From: Nymphaea colorata
Lineage: Eukaryota
Assembly (NCBI RefSeq): GCF_008831285.2
Contig: NC_045138.2
Coordinates: forward strand, 9,424,071-9,488,000
DNA: 63,930 nucleotides
Reading direction: 5' to 3'
This document shows, in pieces, positions 28,200-41,200 of this stretch. The stretch's first letter is position 1; the number at the start of each line of letters is the position of its first letter. Made by a program: the position numbers and the translations under genes. A model generated the notes under the pieces. The model made no database searches and was not told the DNA's origin. It saw nothing but the letters and a program-made list of their open reading frames with translations.

Positions 28200-30020
28200 A
28201 TTAATGGCTTAAATCTCATTCGAATTCATAGAACTTGTGATTTCAATCCTTTAATTCATTTAATATCGATATAAAAATAAGTTAAACACATTGAATCAAC
28301 TATAGGAGATCAAATGAATGACTGAAATTTCATTCATATTCATACGAAATTGTGATTTTAATCCCTTCAATCAATCAATATAAATGAAATGACAAGTTTA
28401 ACAAATTGGCTTTGTAGAAATATGAACAAGAAGAAGATGAAGAGAAACAATGATTACGATGTAACGTGGAAAACCCTCAACACGAGGGAGAAAAAACCAC
28501 GAATGAGGAGGAGTTGGTGCCCACTAGCAGCCAGACTCTCTCTCTCTTAAGATTATCATTAACACTTAAGGATTAGGGTTATAGAGCCCAAAAACGGGCT
28601 ACAAGGTGGGTCGGGTATGGATCCGGACCCGAAACACACAATCTATCAACAGGCTTAACAATAGTGGATCGAATGAATGTTTTAAACCTCATTTGAGTTA
28701 TTACAAACTAGTGGTTTTAATCCCTTAAATCATTGAATATAAATGTAACAACATGTTATACTCATTTGATTAATTATAAATATCAAATGAATGTATTAAA
28801 TGTCGTACGAACTTGTGATTTTAATCCCTTAAACCTTTAAATATAGATAACAAGTTAAACCATTGGATTGACTATAAGAAAACAAAATGTCTTGGAATCT
28901 CATTCGAATTAATATGAACTTGTTATTTCAATATCTTAAATTATTCGATATAGATATAACTAGTTGAACACATTGAATTAACTCTAAGGGATCAAATGAA
29001 TGTCTTAAATCTCATTTGTATTCATATGAGCTTTTGATTTCAATCTTTAACATCATTCAATATATATTAACAACAAATTAAACTCTTTCGATTAACTATA
29101 AGTGATCAAACAAATGGCTTAAGTCTCATTTGTATTCATACAAACTTGTGATTTGAATTCTTTAAGTGATTTAATATAAATATAAAAACAAGTTAAGCTC
29201 GTTACATTTACTATAATGGATCAAATGAATGACAAAACCCATTTGTATTCATGATTTCAAATCCTTTAATCATCAATATAAATATAACAAGAAGTTGGTC
29301 TCATTTGAATAAGTATAAAGGTGTGCATACGAACTTGTGATTTCATTCCCGTAATCATTCAATATAGATATAACAAGAAGTTAAAAACATTGAGTTAACT
29401 AGTGATGGATCAAGTCGATCATATTCATACGAACTTGTGATTTCAATCTCTTCAATTACTCAATATAGATAAAACAATATGTTAAACGCATTGGATTAAA
29501 CATAAGGGATATAATAAATGACTTAAGTCCCATTCATATTCATATGAACATGTCCTTTTAATCCCATAAATCATTTAATCTAGAAATAATGACAAGTTAA
29601 ACATGTGGTACTAACTATATCGGATCAAATGAATGTTTTAAATCTCATTCATATTCATGTGAACATGTGATTTAAATCTATTAAATCAATCAATATAGAT
29701 ATAACAATATGTTCAACTCATTGTGTTAACTATAATGGACGAAATGAATTACTTAAATCTCATTCATATTTGTACGATCTTATGGTCTCAATCTCTTAAA
29801 TCAAATTTAACAAGTTCAACTCATTGGATTAACTATAATAGATCAAATGAATGACCTAAATCCTATTTGTATTCATATGAACTTGTGATTTCAATCTTCT
29901 AAACCAATCAATATAGACGTAACAACAAGTTGAACCCATTGACATAAGTATAAGGGATCCAAGGAATGACTTAAATCTCATCCGTATTCAAATAAACTTG
30001 TTATTTCAATCCCTTAAATC
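28200..30020. repeat. Diverged monomeric ~110-bp satellite array, same family as the subunits of 1-10558
   Basis: GAACTTGTGATTTCAAT-like motif at about 28231, 28346, 28706, 28810, 28916, 29029, 29142, 29331, 29431, 29545, 29661, 29880 and 29995; no 660-bp periodicity evident. Confidence 0.92.
28413..28651 (-). mobile_element. Solo LTR (copia-type) inserted in the satellite
   Basis: TGT...ACA termini with 5-bp TSD GGCTT; shares CCCACTAGCnGCCAGACTCTCTCTCTCT with the LTR at 54898-55148. Confidence 0.88.
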
Positions 30021-30240
30021 AGTCTCACAGCTTTGAATTGATGACTTGCAACCTCAATTTGCCATGCACGTTTGCAGTGTTCATAGCATATCAACAATCA
30101 ACAATCAGGATCTAAAATCAACATAAACTTCAGGATTGAAAACCTAGGATCAACTATTAGTAAATTGAGAATTCGAGAATTCTAGTTTTGAATTTAGACC
30201 ACCAAAAAAAAAAAGATGCACATGAAAATTCATCTAAGAA

Positions 30241-30287
30241 ATAGATATATATATATATATATATAGATATATATATATATATATATC
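30241..30287. repeat. (AT)n microsatellite, imperfect
   Basis: Direct inspection. Confidence 0.9.
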
Positions 30288-31629
30288 ATTATTATATATG
30301 CACGTCATTGCTTCATTTTATGAGGCCTTCTTATGCATGGATTGAAAAAGAACCTGCTGCTACATTCCAAAAAGAAAATGTGCCCCCTCTCTCTCCTGCA
30401 CATGTTTGCTCACTTACACGAACAGATGCAGGGAAAAATGACTCTCTTTTAAAGTCTAAACGTTTTAAAAGTTTTAGAGTTTGAGTAAGGTCTTGCCCAG
30501 GCACCGTCCACACTTTCCCAGGTTGTTACGGTGTACCCACGTAACAACACAGGTATCTGGCCATTCTTGCTTACTGATGTGACATAGAATGTAAAGTAAA
30601 AAATTTGGAAAGTTAGTTTTTAAGTTAATATACATAAAAAATCAGGGAATCAGAAAAAATAAATAAAAAAAAGAAAAGTCCAGAATATATAATTCCTACA
30701 AGATAAATCGTGTGACTATCAACGTAAACAAAGTTGCAACTTAACAATCATCAGTTTTGCATCTTTAGTCAATTAGTTTAACTTAAAAAGTTTTAACAGC
30801 AAAGGGAAAAGAGTCAAACCTCCAAAATATGATCAAGTATGCCCTTGCCATGTGATCCATGATCCATTTGCCACCTTTCCATCTCCCTAACCATCACATG
30901 CAAACGCAACAACACCCTGTGTAGAGAATAAAGTATTTTGAAAAGCAAGTGTGAAAGCTTTAATGGTTAAACATAAACCTTCATAACAGAACACGAAACT
31001 ACCTTTCAGGCAGCTCTGCTGAACTGTGTTGTACATTGCTGCATAAATGGTGTTTCCAAGCAGACTCTGAGTACTATACAGAACTCCTTGAAATAGTCCA
31101 CTAGGACTCTGCAGATGAAGCAAAATCTCAGGATCATACTAAGCATACCACAAAAGTGCTTGAACATTGAACAACAAAACAAAGTTACAAGTATCAGCAC
31201 TTTTTGAAAACTTATTACAAAGGTTTCAATAATCAATACAATGCTAAGAAAGAGTGAAATCATGAGGGTACTGAAAATAAAACTTGTGTGTGCCTTCCTT
31301 GTGAAATGAGGCAGTCTTTTCCTGAAATCTGTTGGCTCCACCAAACTCATTAGGGCAACTCAACAGCCTGATAGGCAACTTGGGTAAGCTATGTTTTTTT
31401 TGTTTAGAAGAAGACAACTAAATGATGAAAAACTTAATTCATCATAGGTGACCATGGAAATTATAATGTAAATGAGTTCTAATCTAAGTCAAATGAACGC
31501 TTCATGTTTGCCGCCGCACCCTTTTATGTTCATTTTTTTACTGTTGTCAAATTTTTTTCCAGTTTTTTTTAACGTGTGTGATGACTGATGAATAATTATT
31601 TGCTCTTGCTGCAACCCTGTTTTTTTACA

Positions 31630-32270
31630 TTGGATTTGTGACAATGGCAAAGAAAAATATCTCTATGGAGGAGCAATAAATTGAATTAGGAAACACATAT
31701 AGTAATTTATTAGTCAAAGGGTTGAAAAATGAATGTGTAAAATAGGGGGGTTGAGTCCCTGACATGCACAAAGGAAGGAAGAGGTCCAGTAGTTGGGTTA
31801 GTCGAAACTAGCATTTGAGGCAAGACAACAGCTAGCTTCATCATTTTATAAAGGTATATGTGGGCATTCTTCTCTGCAAAATATAAAATTATTTCAAAAA
31901 AAAAAAAAAGAAAATCACATATGGGACATATGTCTTGTTGAGGAAGATGAACATTCATTACCTACTCCTAAGAACTAAGCTTATAGATAACTAAACAACA
32001 TGCATAATTTTGAGCTTCTTCCTAAGAGTTTTGTGTTGAATTCAATTTTATAAATAGTTTATGTGATAAATTCAGTGTCTTTTTTTTTATGTTGTACACA
32101 TAGCACACACACAAACACATATTAAACAAGTAACCTTCATGTGGCTACTCATCTGAAAGTTTTGATGACTTTTTCTGTCTCCATAAAAGGAAAAATTCAA
32201 AGAAAAAATGGTATAAACTTGAACGAATTTTTCCCTTTTCTTTAAGTATATATGAGAAACTGTACCTACC
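31630..32270 (-). repeat. Copy 2 of the inverted duplicated segment (partner 16281-16855)
   Basis: Reverse complement of 16281-16855, with ~50 extra bp near 32070-32130. Confidence 0.93.
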
Positions 32271-32349
32271 ACTAATAAATAAATTTACTAAAAATAAAAC
32301 CCTAAATTTCCAAACAGATGTTTTAGATGCATTCTTAGAACTCTATACT

Positions 32350-32965
32350 TTCGACAATGAATGAACGAGATTGTTACCACGATGGAAGTTCAAGGAAGGA
32401 AATCTAAATAAACAACGTTTCATATGTTCAAGATTCCCAAGTATGGAAAGCATGTGGAAATGTTATTAATGTCACAAAGAAATCTATAGACTTTGCTTAA
32501 CCGTTTTAGAACCAAATGTTCATTTACCTATTCAAGAAAATACAAGACACAAAGAAAAAAAGAAGAAAGCGATTTAGAAAAAAGAATTAGCAGACTGGAA
32601 AACTATAAAGAAAAGATTGAAAAATTCATAACGAAAACTCAAGAACAAATTCAAGACTTACAAAAACAAATAAAAGAAACTCCCTCTTCCTATGCTTTAA
32701 TGCATAAAGAAGTAAAACCGACGTACTTAATAAGTTTTCTTCATAAAGAAGAAACTTAAAAAAATTTCCACCAATATTAGTACAATGTAAAAATAACAAT
32801 AGCAAACACTATTGTAGATACTCAAGCCTTAATTGACACAAGATGCACAAATACTATTTTAGATAAATCTCTAGTAGATCCAAAATACGTTAAACAAATG
32901 GAAAAACCTATCCTAGTAGAAACAATGGCAGGAATAAAAATATCCTATTCCGAATGCATTCCAAA
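32350..32965 (+). mobile_element. Endogenous pararetrovirus (Caulimoviridae, badnavirus-like) fragment: Cys-rich motif, coiled coil, aspartic protease
   Basis: 32416-32496 translates (R)FICSRFPSMESMWKCY*CHKEI(Y)RLC, a decayed CX2CX11CX2CX4CX2C. It is followed by a K/E-rich coiled coil and by ALIDT(R)CTNTILDKSLV, a pepsin-like protease motif, at ~32826-32880. Very A-rich. Confidence 0.72.
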
Positions 32966-35518
32966 ACATATAGTTGAAAGTGCACTAAGTATGATGCATA
33001 ACACAGATGTGCCCATGAATTTATGGACTGAAGCTTTTCATACTGTTGTTTATGTCATTAATCGTCTACCATTAACTCTACTTGAGGGAAAATCTCATTT
33101 CTTTGTTTTACATCAAGAACAACCAAATTATGATGAAATGCGTGTTTTTGGATGCATTTGTTATGTTCATATTGATGTTTTTATGATAATTAAGTTCTAA
33201 GATTGAGCTGTCGTATAGATTTGTGGGTTATGTAGAAAATTATAAAGGTTATCGCTGCTACAATCCAAAGACTGGACGTGTGCATATTTCATGACATGTT
33301 TTTTATGAGCTCAGGTTGAAGGATTTAAAGGGGACACAAGCAACACCCAATGCAAGAAATGATGTATATGATACATGGCTGAATGTTGAAATATTAAGCC
33401 AAGGAGCTGACACACACCACACACATGGTGAGAGGATTATTGATGAGTTTGAGACAGCCACAGACACTCAGATGAAAGACACATCTTCATCTACTCAGTC
33501 CAACAATATGACTTCAATCATTTTTCAAGAGTAGTGCATACTCGACGATTAGCTCCAGAAACTGACAGTACTTGTCCACGTAGATCAGAATGTGTGCGGC
33601 ATCCCATTGATAGATGGGTAAGTTATGATAATTTCTCTTTGGATTTTAGCTTTTCATGACTGAATTAAGCAAAAAGGTAGAGCCAAAATGTTATGTGCAC
33701 ATGTGCAAAAGCAAATGTTGGGTCAAGGCCATGAATGAAGAAATGGCTGCCTTAAGTGAATGTCAAACTTAGGAGATTGTTCCTCGTCCACATGGTAAGA
33801 ATGTAGTGAGCTCAAAATGAATTTACAAACTCAAGTATAATCCCAATGAATGCATTGATAGGCATAAGGTTAGACTTGTCGCTAGAGGTTTCACTCAGCA
33901 GTACGGAGAAGATTATGATGAGACTTTCAGTCCAGTCATTAATATGGAAACGATTAGGGTTATCATATCTCTTGCAGTCTCATATGGATGGACTTTGTAT
34001 AAGCTAGATGTCAAAAATATTTTTCTTCATGGCTTTCTTAAGGAAGAGGTATACATGGAACAAAACCCTGGTTATGCTACAAATGATCCTGCTAAATAGG
34101 TGTGCAAGTTACAAAAATCGTTGTATGGACTTAAGCAAGTATCTCGTTCATGGTTTGATAGATTTTTCCTTTATATACAGCAAGTTGGTTTTCGCAGAAG
34201 TTCACTTGATCACTCCTTATTCATATATCATTCAGGTGAAGTTGCCACTTGGCTGCTCATATATGTAGATGATATAGTTCTTATTGGGAATTCTTCATCT
34301 CATATATCCCATGTAAAGGATGTATTGAAACGAGAATTCAAGATGAAAGACCTTGGCGAATTACGGTATTTCTTGGGCATAGAGCAGCTTGGTAGAAACG
34401 GCAACACATTAACTTTTACGCAACATAAATATACTCTTGATATTTTGGACAGAACAAGTATGACAAATTGCAAGCCCATAACTACACCTAGTGTTCGCAA
34501 TACAAAATTGAATGCCTCTGATGAGAGTGATGCATACTCAAAACCTAGTTTCTATTGGAGTATAGTTAGCATGTTGAAATACCTCACTTTAAAACTCCAG
34601 ACAGAGTATATGCAGTGAATCAAGTATCCCAATTTATGCATGCACCTACAGAAGGACGTATGGATGCTACCAAACACATTTTGCATTCCCTCAAGGCTAC
34701 TCTTGGCGATGGACTTGTCTACACAAGACAATCATCTGTTTTACATGGCCACAACATTTCCACCTATGCTGATGCAGATTGGGCAGGTGATGCAGATGAT
34801 AGACGATCAATTTCTGGTTATTGTCTCTTCCTTGATTCCAATCTTATTTATTGGAGTAGCAGGAAACAACGTGCAGTCGATAGATCTAGCACTGAGGTAG
34901 AATATAGGGCAATGGCTATAGGCACAGCTAAAGCTTCATGGTTATGTCATCTACTTGGGGAACTCTCACTTCCCATTGCTCAGTCATTTATATTTTGTAA
35001 CAACTAAAGTGCGATAAAGATTGCTTTCAATCATGTTCTATATAATCACACTAAGCATATAGAGATTGATCAACACTTCATTCGTCAAAAGGTTGCAGAA
35101 GAGAAGATTGTTCTCACATAATCATGTCTCAACAAGTGGCTGATCTTTTTATCAAGGGACTTATAGGGCACCATTTATGGGAATTGAGGAACAAGTAGTA
35201 TATATCAAACCTCATGCACAATTTGAGGAGAGCTGTTAAGTTTGTATGATATGGATTGGGTCACCCAAACCCGACTCATTTGATCCACATGGCCAACACA
35301 TCATAGGAGGTGGCATACTTGTAAATCTTAATATTATTTTGTGTATTTTATGTTATATCCTAAATTATGATTAGTATATAATGATAACATGAGGCAGACG
35401 TCATTTGCTGTTGCTCTCTTTCATCTCTTTCTTACTTGGACGTGTAGCCTACTTCTCTCTTCCTCCTCTTACATCTAACTTCATCCGATGGTTTGGTATT
35501 AGATATCAAAATCTTACA
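32966..35518 (+). mobile_element. Ty1/copia retrotransposon, 5'-truncated and degenerate (integrase C-term, RT, RNase H, PPT, 3' LTR 35234-35518)
   Basis: HIVESALSMM..LWTEAFHT..YVINRLP, SLYGLKQ, IYVDDIV, YADADWAGDADDRRSISGY, KHIEID; PPT GAGGAGAG; LTR TGTTAAG...TTACA; many stops. Confidence 0.95.
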
Positions 35519-38105
35519 TCCAGACATGGTGACTAACACATATATGCCATAAAAAAAAAGTAGACATAGATGGATGCAGCCATATTGTATCATGGCAAAA
35601 TATTATTTGCCTATATTTGCATGAGTATGCCTCTTTTTTTTAAATAAAAAAATAGTGATTGAACAAAGTCAAGTAAAATGTTCAATATTAATATTTAAAA
35701 TTGAACACCCAATTTTGGACAAATACATAGTATTAAGATATAAGTCCAAAAAAGATTTTAGATCAAATCATAACATGAACAAGGATCCTACATAAAAGTT
35801 TATGAAATTGATCCATCAATGACTGCAATGAACTACTAGATCAAATAATGGATCAACAAAAAGAATCCTTAGCAAGGACCTCAAACATGGTACCATCATA
35901 TCAAGAATGTATACATAATCCAGATTCTTAGATTGAGATCAATTTGATGTATTAAAATTGGATCCAAATCAACTATGATACCAAGTCAATTATCATATAT
36001 ATGAGCATTGAAGATCTGATCCAAAATCCAAATAGAAACTACATTAAATGTTGGGTCACCATGCATATTAGGAAAAAAAACAATTACATAAAAAATTTAC
36101 ATACAAATCTGGTCCAGAATCTAAAATAGAAATATACTTAAATTTATGTGTCCATTGATTCAACTGCTCAAGAGCATGACAGAAACATAAATGTTGCTAA
36201 ACTGAAGTTGTACTAAAAGAGCATTTGAGAAAATTATGCATGATATCAGAGATCAAATCCTCATTTCAAATTAATCACAGCCACCAAGTTTTCTTAAAAT
36301 GTTTGTTCCTGCAATGGCGGTTGGCCGACGGACATGGCCAAATGAGGTGCCATGTTTCTTGGTTAAGGATCAGCCAGGCCCGTCCAGTTGTTGCTTCAAT
36401 AAGAAAAGAAATCATTAGCTCCACTAAGCAAATTGTCGCAGGGAGAGGAAGGAGATCAGATATGCAAGGAAGAATTGTCGACGAATTATTGGGAACTCTA
36501 GTTTCATTTCATGGTGATTCGTAAAAGGTTGGCCAATGTGGTTAAATTTTGTATAAAATGTGCCCTTTTCACGGATGATAAGTTAGGGAAAGAGAAGCCT
36601 TCGGATTGGGCTAAAGGTTATAAAAAAAAATGAAAACAAAGAAATGTAAACTAAAAGGTTGCAACCAACTACGAAAAAAACTAAGAAGGGACCCAAAATA
36701 AATTATAAAAAATCTAAGTGGACTCATTAGGGTCTTCTCCAACAGGGTCGGAGTTTCCACATGAAAAGTGCAGAATGGATTTAGATTTATGGCACCCCTT
36801 AAATCATCATACTTTTACCTACAACGGCTTTCCATCCTTTTAAGAAGAATCCGTTAGCAGCCCTACCATCAACTTCATTTCTCTATGCCCCTTAAATTTA
36901 ATTTCTCTCCCTATTTGCATTAAATTTCAATATATGAATAGCCTCTTTGTTGAATTCTATCATACCTTTTCCATCTTAATTTTCTTCGAAATGAACAACT
37001 TGTCCCAATAATCGCAAGTGAACTGAAGTATGCCAATTGAATACCCACTTTTTGGCCCATAGTAACATTAGAATCTAAGAAAATTTTTTGCATCGAGTCA
37101 CCTGTATGTTTATTACTTATTAAGGGGCGTAGACAAATCTTAAGATTTTGGTAACTTTGCCCAACGTCTTCGTTCACTTAATCAAATTTATTTAGAAAGC
37201 TGGCATTCCTACGTCTCCATATTTGCACAGTTCCAATTTTATCGGATGTCTCCAAAAGGCTACCTCCCTATTTGAAACATAGCAACTCAACGTTGAATAA
37301 CTAGAAATCCATATTTCAGTGGTTTGATCATGTCCTCTATAGTGGTCATGTACATTTGGAAAATTTAATTACATTCTCGACTTCTTAGTACTTCTTAATA
37401 GTTGACGATAACAGATTGTTGATTATCAACTACGTTCACTCTTGTTTTCATGCACTTGCATGCTCCCACAAACACCAAATAATAAAATATGGTATGGATC
37501 TGATTCATTTAATATTAGATCCAAACCATAGGGCGTTCTAGAAAACATTATATTTTTCATACCAATTACTCTTCATGCACTTTTCTTATTATTAGTTTTT
37601 CAAAAGAACCGAACTCTAGCATTCAGAAGAATTCTTTAGCAGGAATATTATGTTAACTTGCATTCAATTTGCTTCCTGCAATTTACGTTTATAAGGCAAT
37701 CTATCAATGTTTATTCCAGTCGCCTGGACACGAAGAGAACAGAAATTGATGGTAACTTTTTGTCTCAAATACGTGATTCTTGTTTCTATCAGAAACTTAA
37801 GGGAAATTCCCATAGTTGGGGGAGAATTATTAAAATTCCTCCCCCTACTCTCCTCTCCAGAAAAAAACGGCCAAACAAAAGAAACGAGGTTTACCATACT
37901 CAACTGAATAAACTTTCAGTCGAACAAGATCAATAGACCAACATAATGATTCAAAACTTTATCCACACAAAGACCGTTAGCTTTATCTCCCCATGAAAAT
38001 ATGATGTGATCCTTATTATTTGCTTACAAACAGTTATTAAAAGGACAAAAAAAGGCAAGTCTTCCAGTAATTTCTTATAGGTGAGTATCGAAACATCTTG
38101 TGTCA

Positions 38106-38281
38106 TCAAGAAAAGTTGGCAAGAATTTCAGAAAGAATCACCCATGCCGCCCCGCCAGCAATGAGGCTGAGAGTTAATCTTCCTCCAGGAACTAAGGGGG
38201 AAGTGATCGGTGATGAAGAAGCTCTATTATACCTTTCCGACCATGACATGGCTGCAGGAAGAACTCCAAACAAAACCAAAA
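38106..38281 (-). CDS. TyrP-like permease, terminal exon
   Basis: [18 protein letters not shown]...[30 protein letters not shown]. Confidence 0.9.
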
Positions 38282-41200
38282 CTAGTCGAATGCACCAAGT
38301 CAGTTACAAGACTAAAAATAAGGCTGACAACAATATTTAAATGTGCAGATTAGGCTACAAAGTAAACATGATCATGATGTCACAATGGCCATGAATGAGA
38401 TGGTCTACATCATCAATCTGGTCACACACGCAATCATGTGGTATGTAAGAACGGTAGTTCAGTAAACACTGGAAAGATCATAAATAGATGAAAGCTCATA
38501 CCTCCATACGTTCCCGCAAAGTCCAAAGCTCTGAAAAATATTTCTGGATCTAGAAAAGCTAAAACCAAGGGTGGGAATATAGTTAACAAATATGGAAGGG
38601 GTCTATTCTGTCCAGCAGGTTGCTTCAGTACTGGAAAAATAAACAAGATATATCTTCAGAAAATAGGCATTTCTGGAAGGTCAGGAAGCAGCAATAAGTA
38701 GTGAAAGCAGCATGCTGCAACTCTTATAAAGTGCAGTGAACACAAATCATAAAGAGATCACTGACGTTGACAGGTTGATGTCTTCCTTTTTTGGACTACT
38801 AGAGAGGAAAACTAGAAAAAATAAATTTCCTGAGAAAGTAGAGAAGTCACTGATTTGGTTTATGTTTGTTATGGAATACCAGTATAATTCAACCATCTAA
38901 AAAAGACCATAAGTTGAATTTGTCACATGATTTTTATCATTTTATGTTAAAATAGGAAATTATAGCATCAAAGAGAAGATAGTTCGAAAAGGCTAATTGC
39001 TACTCATTTACCATACAACAACATTAAAAAAGGATTCATTTCATAATCAGTTCAACAATAATTTAGTAACACTTTACTTTTGCAGTTTGTGGATATGTTC
39101 CCTTTTATTGGGGGAATTTGCTTCTTTTCAGTTGCAGTAAAAAACTGCTTTCTCTGTTCAGTCCACTTATAATACTGAATTCTCGGGTGTGATACAGTGG
39201 ATCAAAATGCATGGTGCATGGTGTGATGAAGGATATAACTAGTCTATTCTAAATGTAAAAGGTCCACTTACAGTCAGACACAAAATCTGAAAGGCCCAAT
39301 ACAAATCCAATATATGAAGTTCCAATTGCAAGGAAGGAGAATAACTCAACAACCGGCTGTAGATAAAAATATCAGAATAGGTTATAAAGTGAGTGAACTT
39401 CCTAGACAAATTTTATGTAGGAACTCTGACAGCCATATATCAATTAATTAGGACTTACACCAATTAGACCGTTGTTGGACCTCAGTTGCTGCAAAGGATC
39501 CAGGACTCCACTGTTGCTTGCATCAAAATTTGGAACAGTTCCAAGAATGACAGCATCCCAGATAAGAAACAAAACAAGTGGAATAGCAGTTCCCAATATT
39601 ATTGCTATCCTGGAACGCAAAGTGGAAATAGCCAACTTACTGCTTGAAATACTTAAAGGAGAAAAAGAAAAGCAAGAACTATTACCTTCAATTAGTTGGC
39701 TTTGCAAATAAAACAATTAGAATCTTGGGATGACCAGTCAATAGTATAAAAAAATGAACATGCAAACACAAATTACAAGCTAAAACATTATTTTGCTCCC
39801 AATGTAAACAAATTTTTTGTATTTGTTTTTTCATACACGTTCACAGATTTACCAATGTTGTTCCCCAAATGCAGTGTATCCCTCATTAAATCTGGAGACT
39901 AAGGATTGGACTGGTATGCTATATCTCTTGGTTAGTCAATAGGAATGTAAAGACACACAAGAAGTTATTCCTCCACAGTTTCACAAAATGTTATCAGTAG
40001 CACCAACTAAAGAACAAACTGCAAGGTCCTTCAAAAAATGCTCGAGGATAAAGAGGTTCAAATTGGCTTGAGAGGGGGAAAAAGGAATAAACAGATAACT
40101 GCAGAAGTGAATGATGTAATAGTACTAGGATATATATCATAAACATTTCACTTACTGACTTATAAATTGCTTTAAGGCCCTACCTAACCTTTGATAGGTT
40201 CCCCTCCAAGTTGGTGCAAAGAACTGGTACCACATTCTGAAACAATAAGCTAGTTTGGTCACTAAACAGGACGACCAATCAATCATTAACCTTGTAATGC
40301 TCACCTGGTAGACAAATGCAAGTGCTATAACCGGTATGCTTTGGGGTATAGCTTCCAGATGGAACTTCAAAAGAGAATTCAACTGAATATCACTACCAGC
40401 CAATACCTATAATTTAAAAGAAAATGATTTTTTTTATTTTTGCTAAATAGAAAATCTGGCACAAAATATACATTCAACACACCCAATGAGCCTTAAGAAA
40501 GGAAAGCAAAGAAGAACTTACTTGATTTAGGTACTTAAAGGAAAAAGACATTGAAATACAACAAAAAACTTTTAAAGATTTCAAAACATAGCATTGAATT
40601 AACCATATCAAGCGTGTGGCTTTTATTTTGTCAAGGCTTAGCATACTGCATAGTAAGAAAATGCTGAATACAATTTCAGATCATTTGCTCTGCAAATTGC
40701 AAAAACTTTTCTAACAACATTTCTGACACCAAGATGCTGAGCTGTAATGATGAGCCCACCTCCCATTTAGTACGATAGAAGAAAAGAGGGTTAGGAATTG
40801 GTGTGCACTGAAGATAATGGGTCAAACTTGTTGTTTAACCCCAGGAAAGGGGAACCCTCATCCTTATGCATTCTCTTAATAAGAGGCACAGCATTAGCCT
40901 TCTAGATTGTCTGAGCATTTCTCATTGCCTTTCCACTTTCCTTTGGTTTGAGTAATGAATATATATGGCATACCAAAATGGTTTCCATTTGATATAATGA
41001 TCACTCTAATTCTCTTTTCCTAGTCAAATGCCATGACTCTCTGATTACTAATGATTGCCACAGAAGCACTATTAGTTGGCCAAAAAATTACAATTGCTAC
41101 AGCTATGATTTATACCAACTACATGGGCAGAACATGCACAAAATTCTGAGGGATTCATGTGATCTGGTTTTGAATAAGATACGTATAAAAAATTTTAAAT

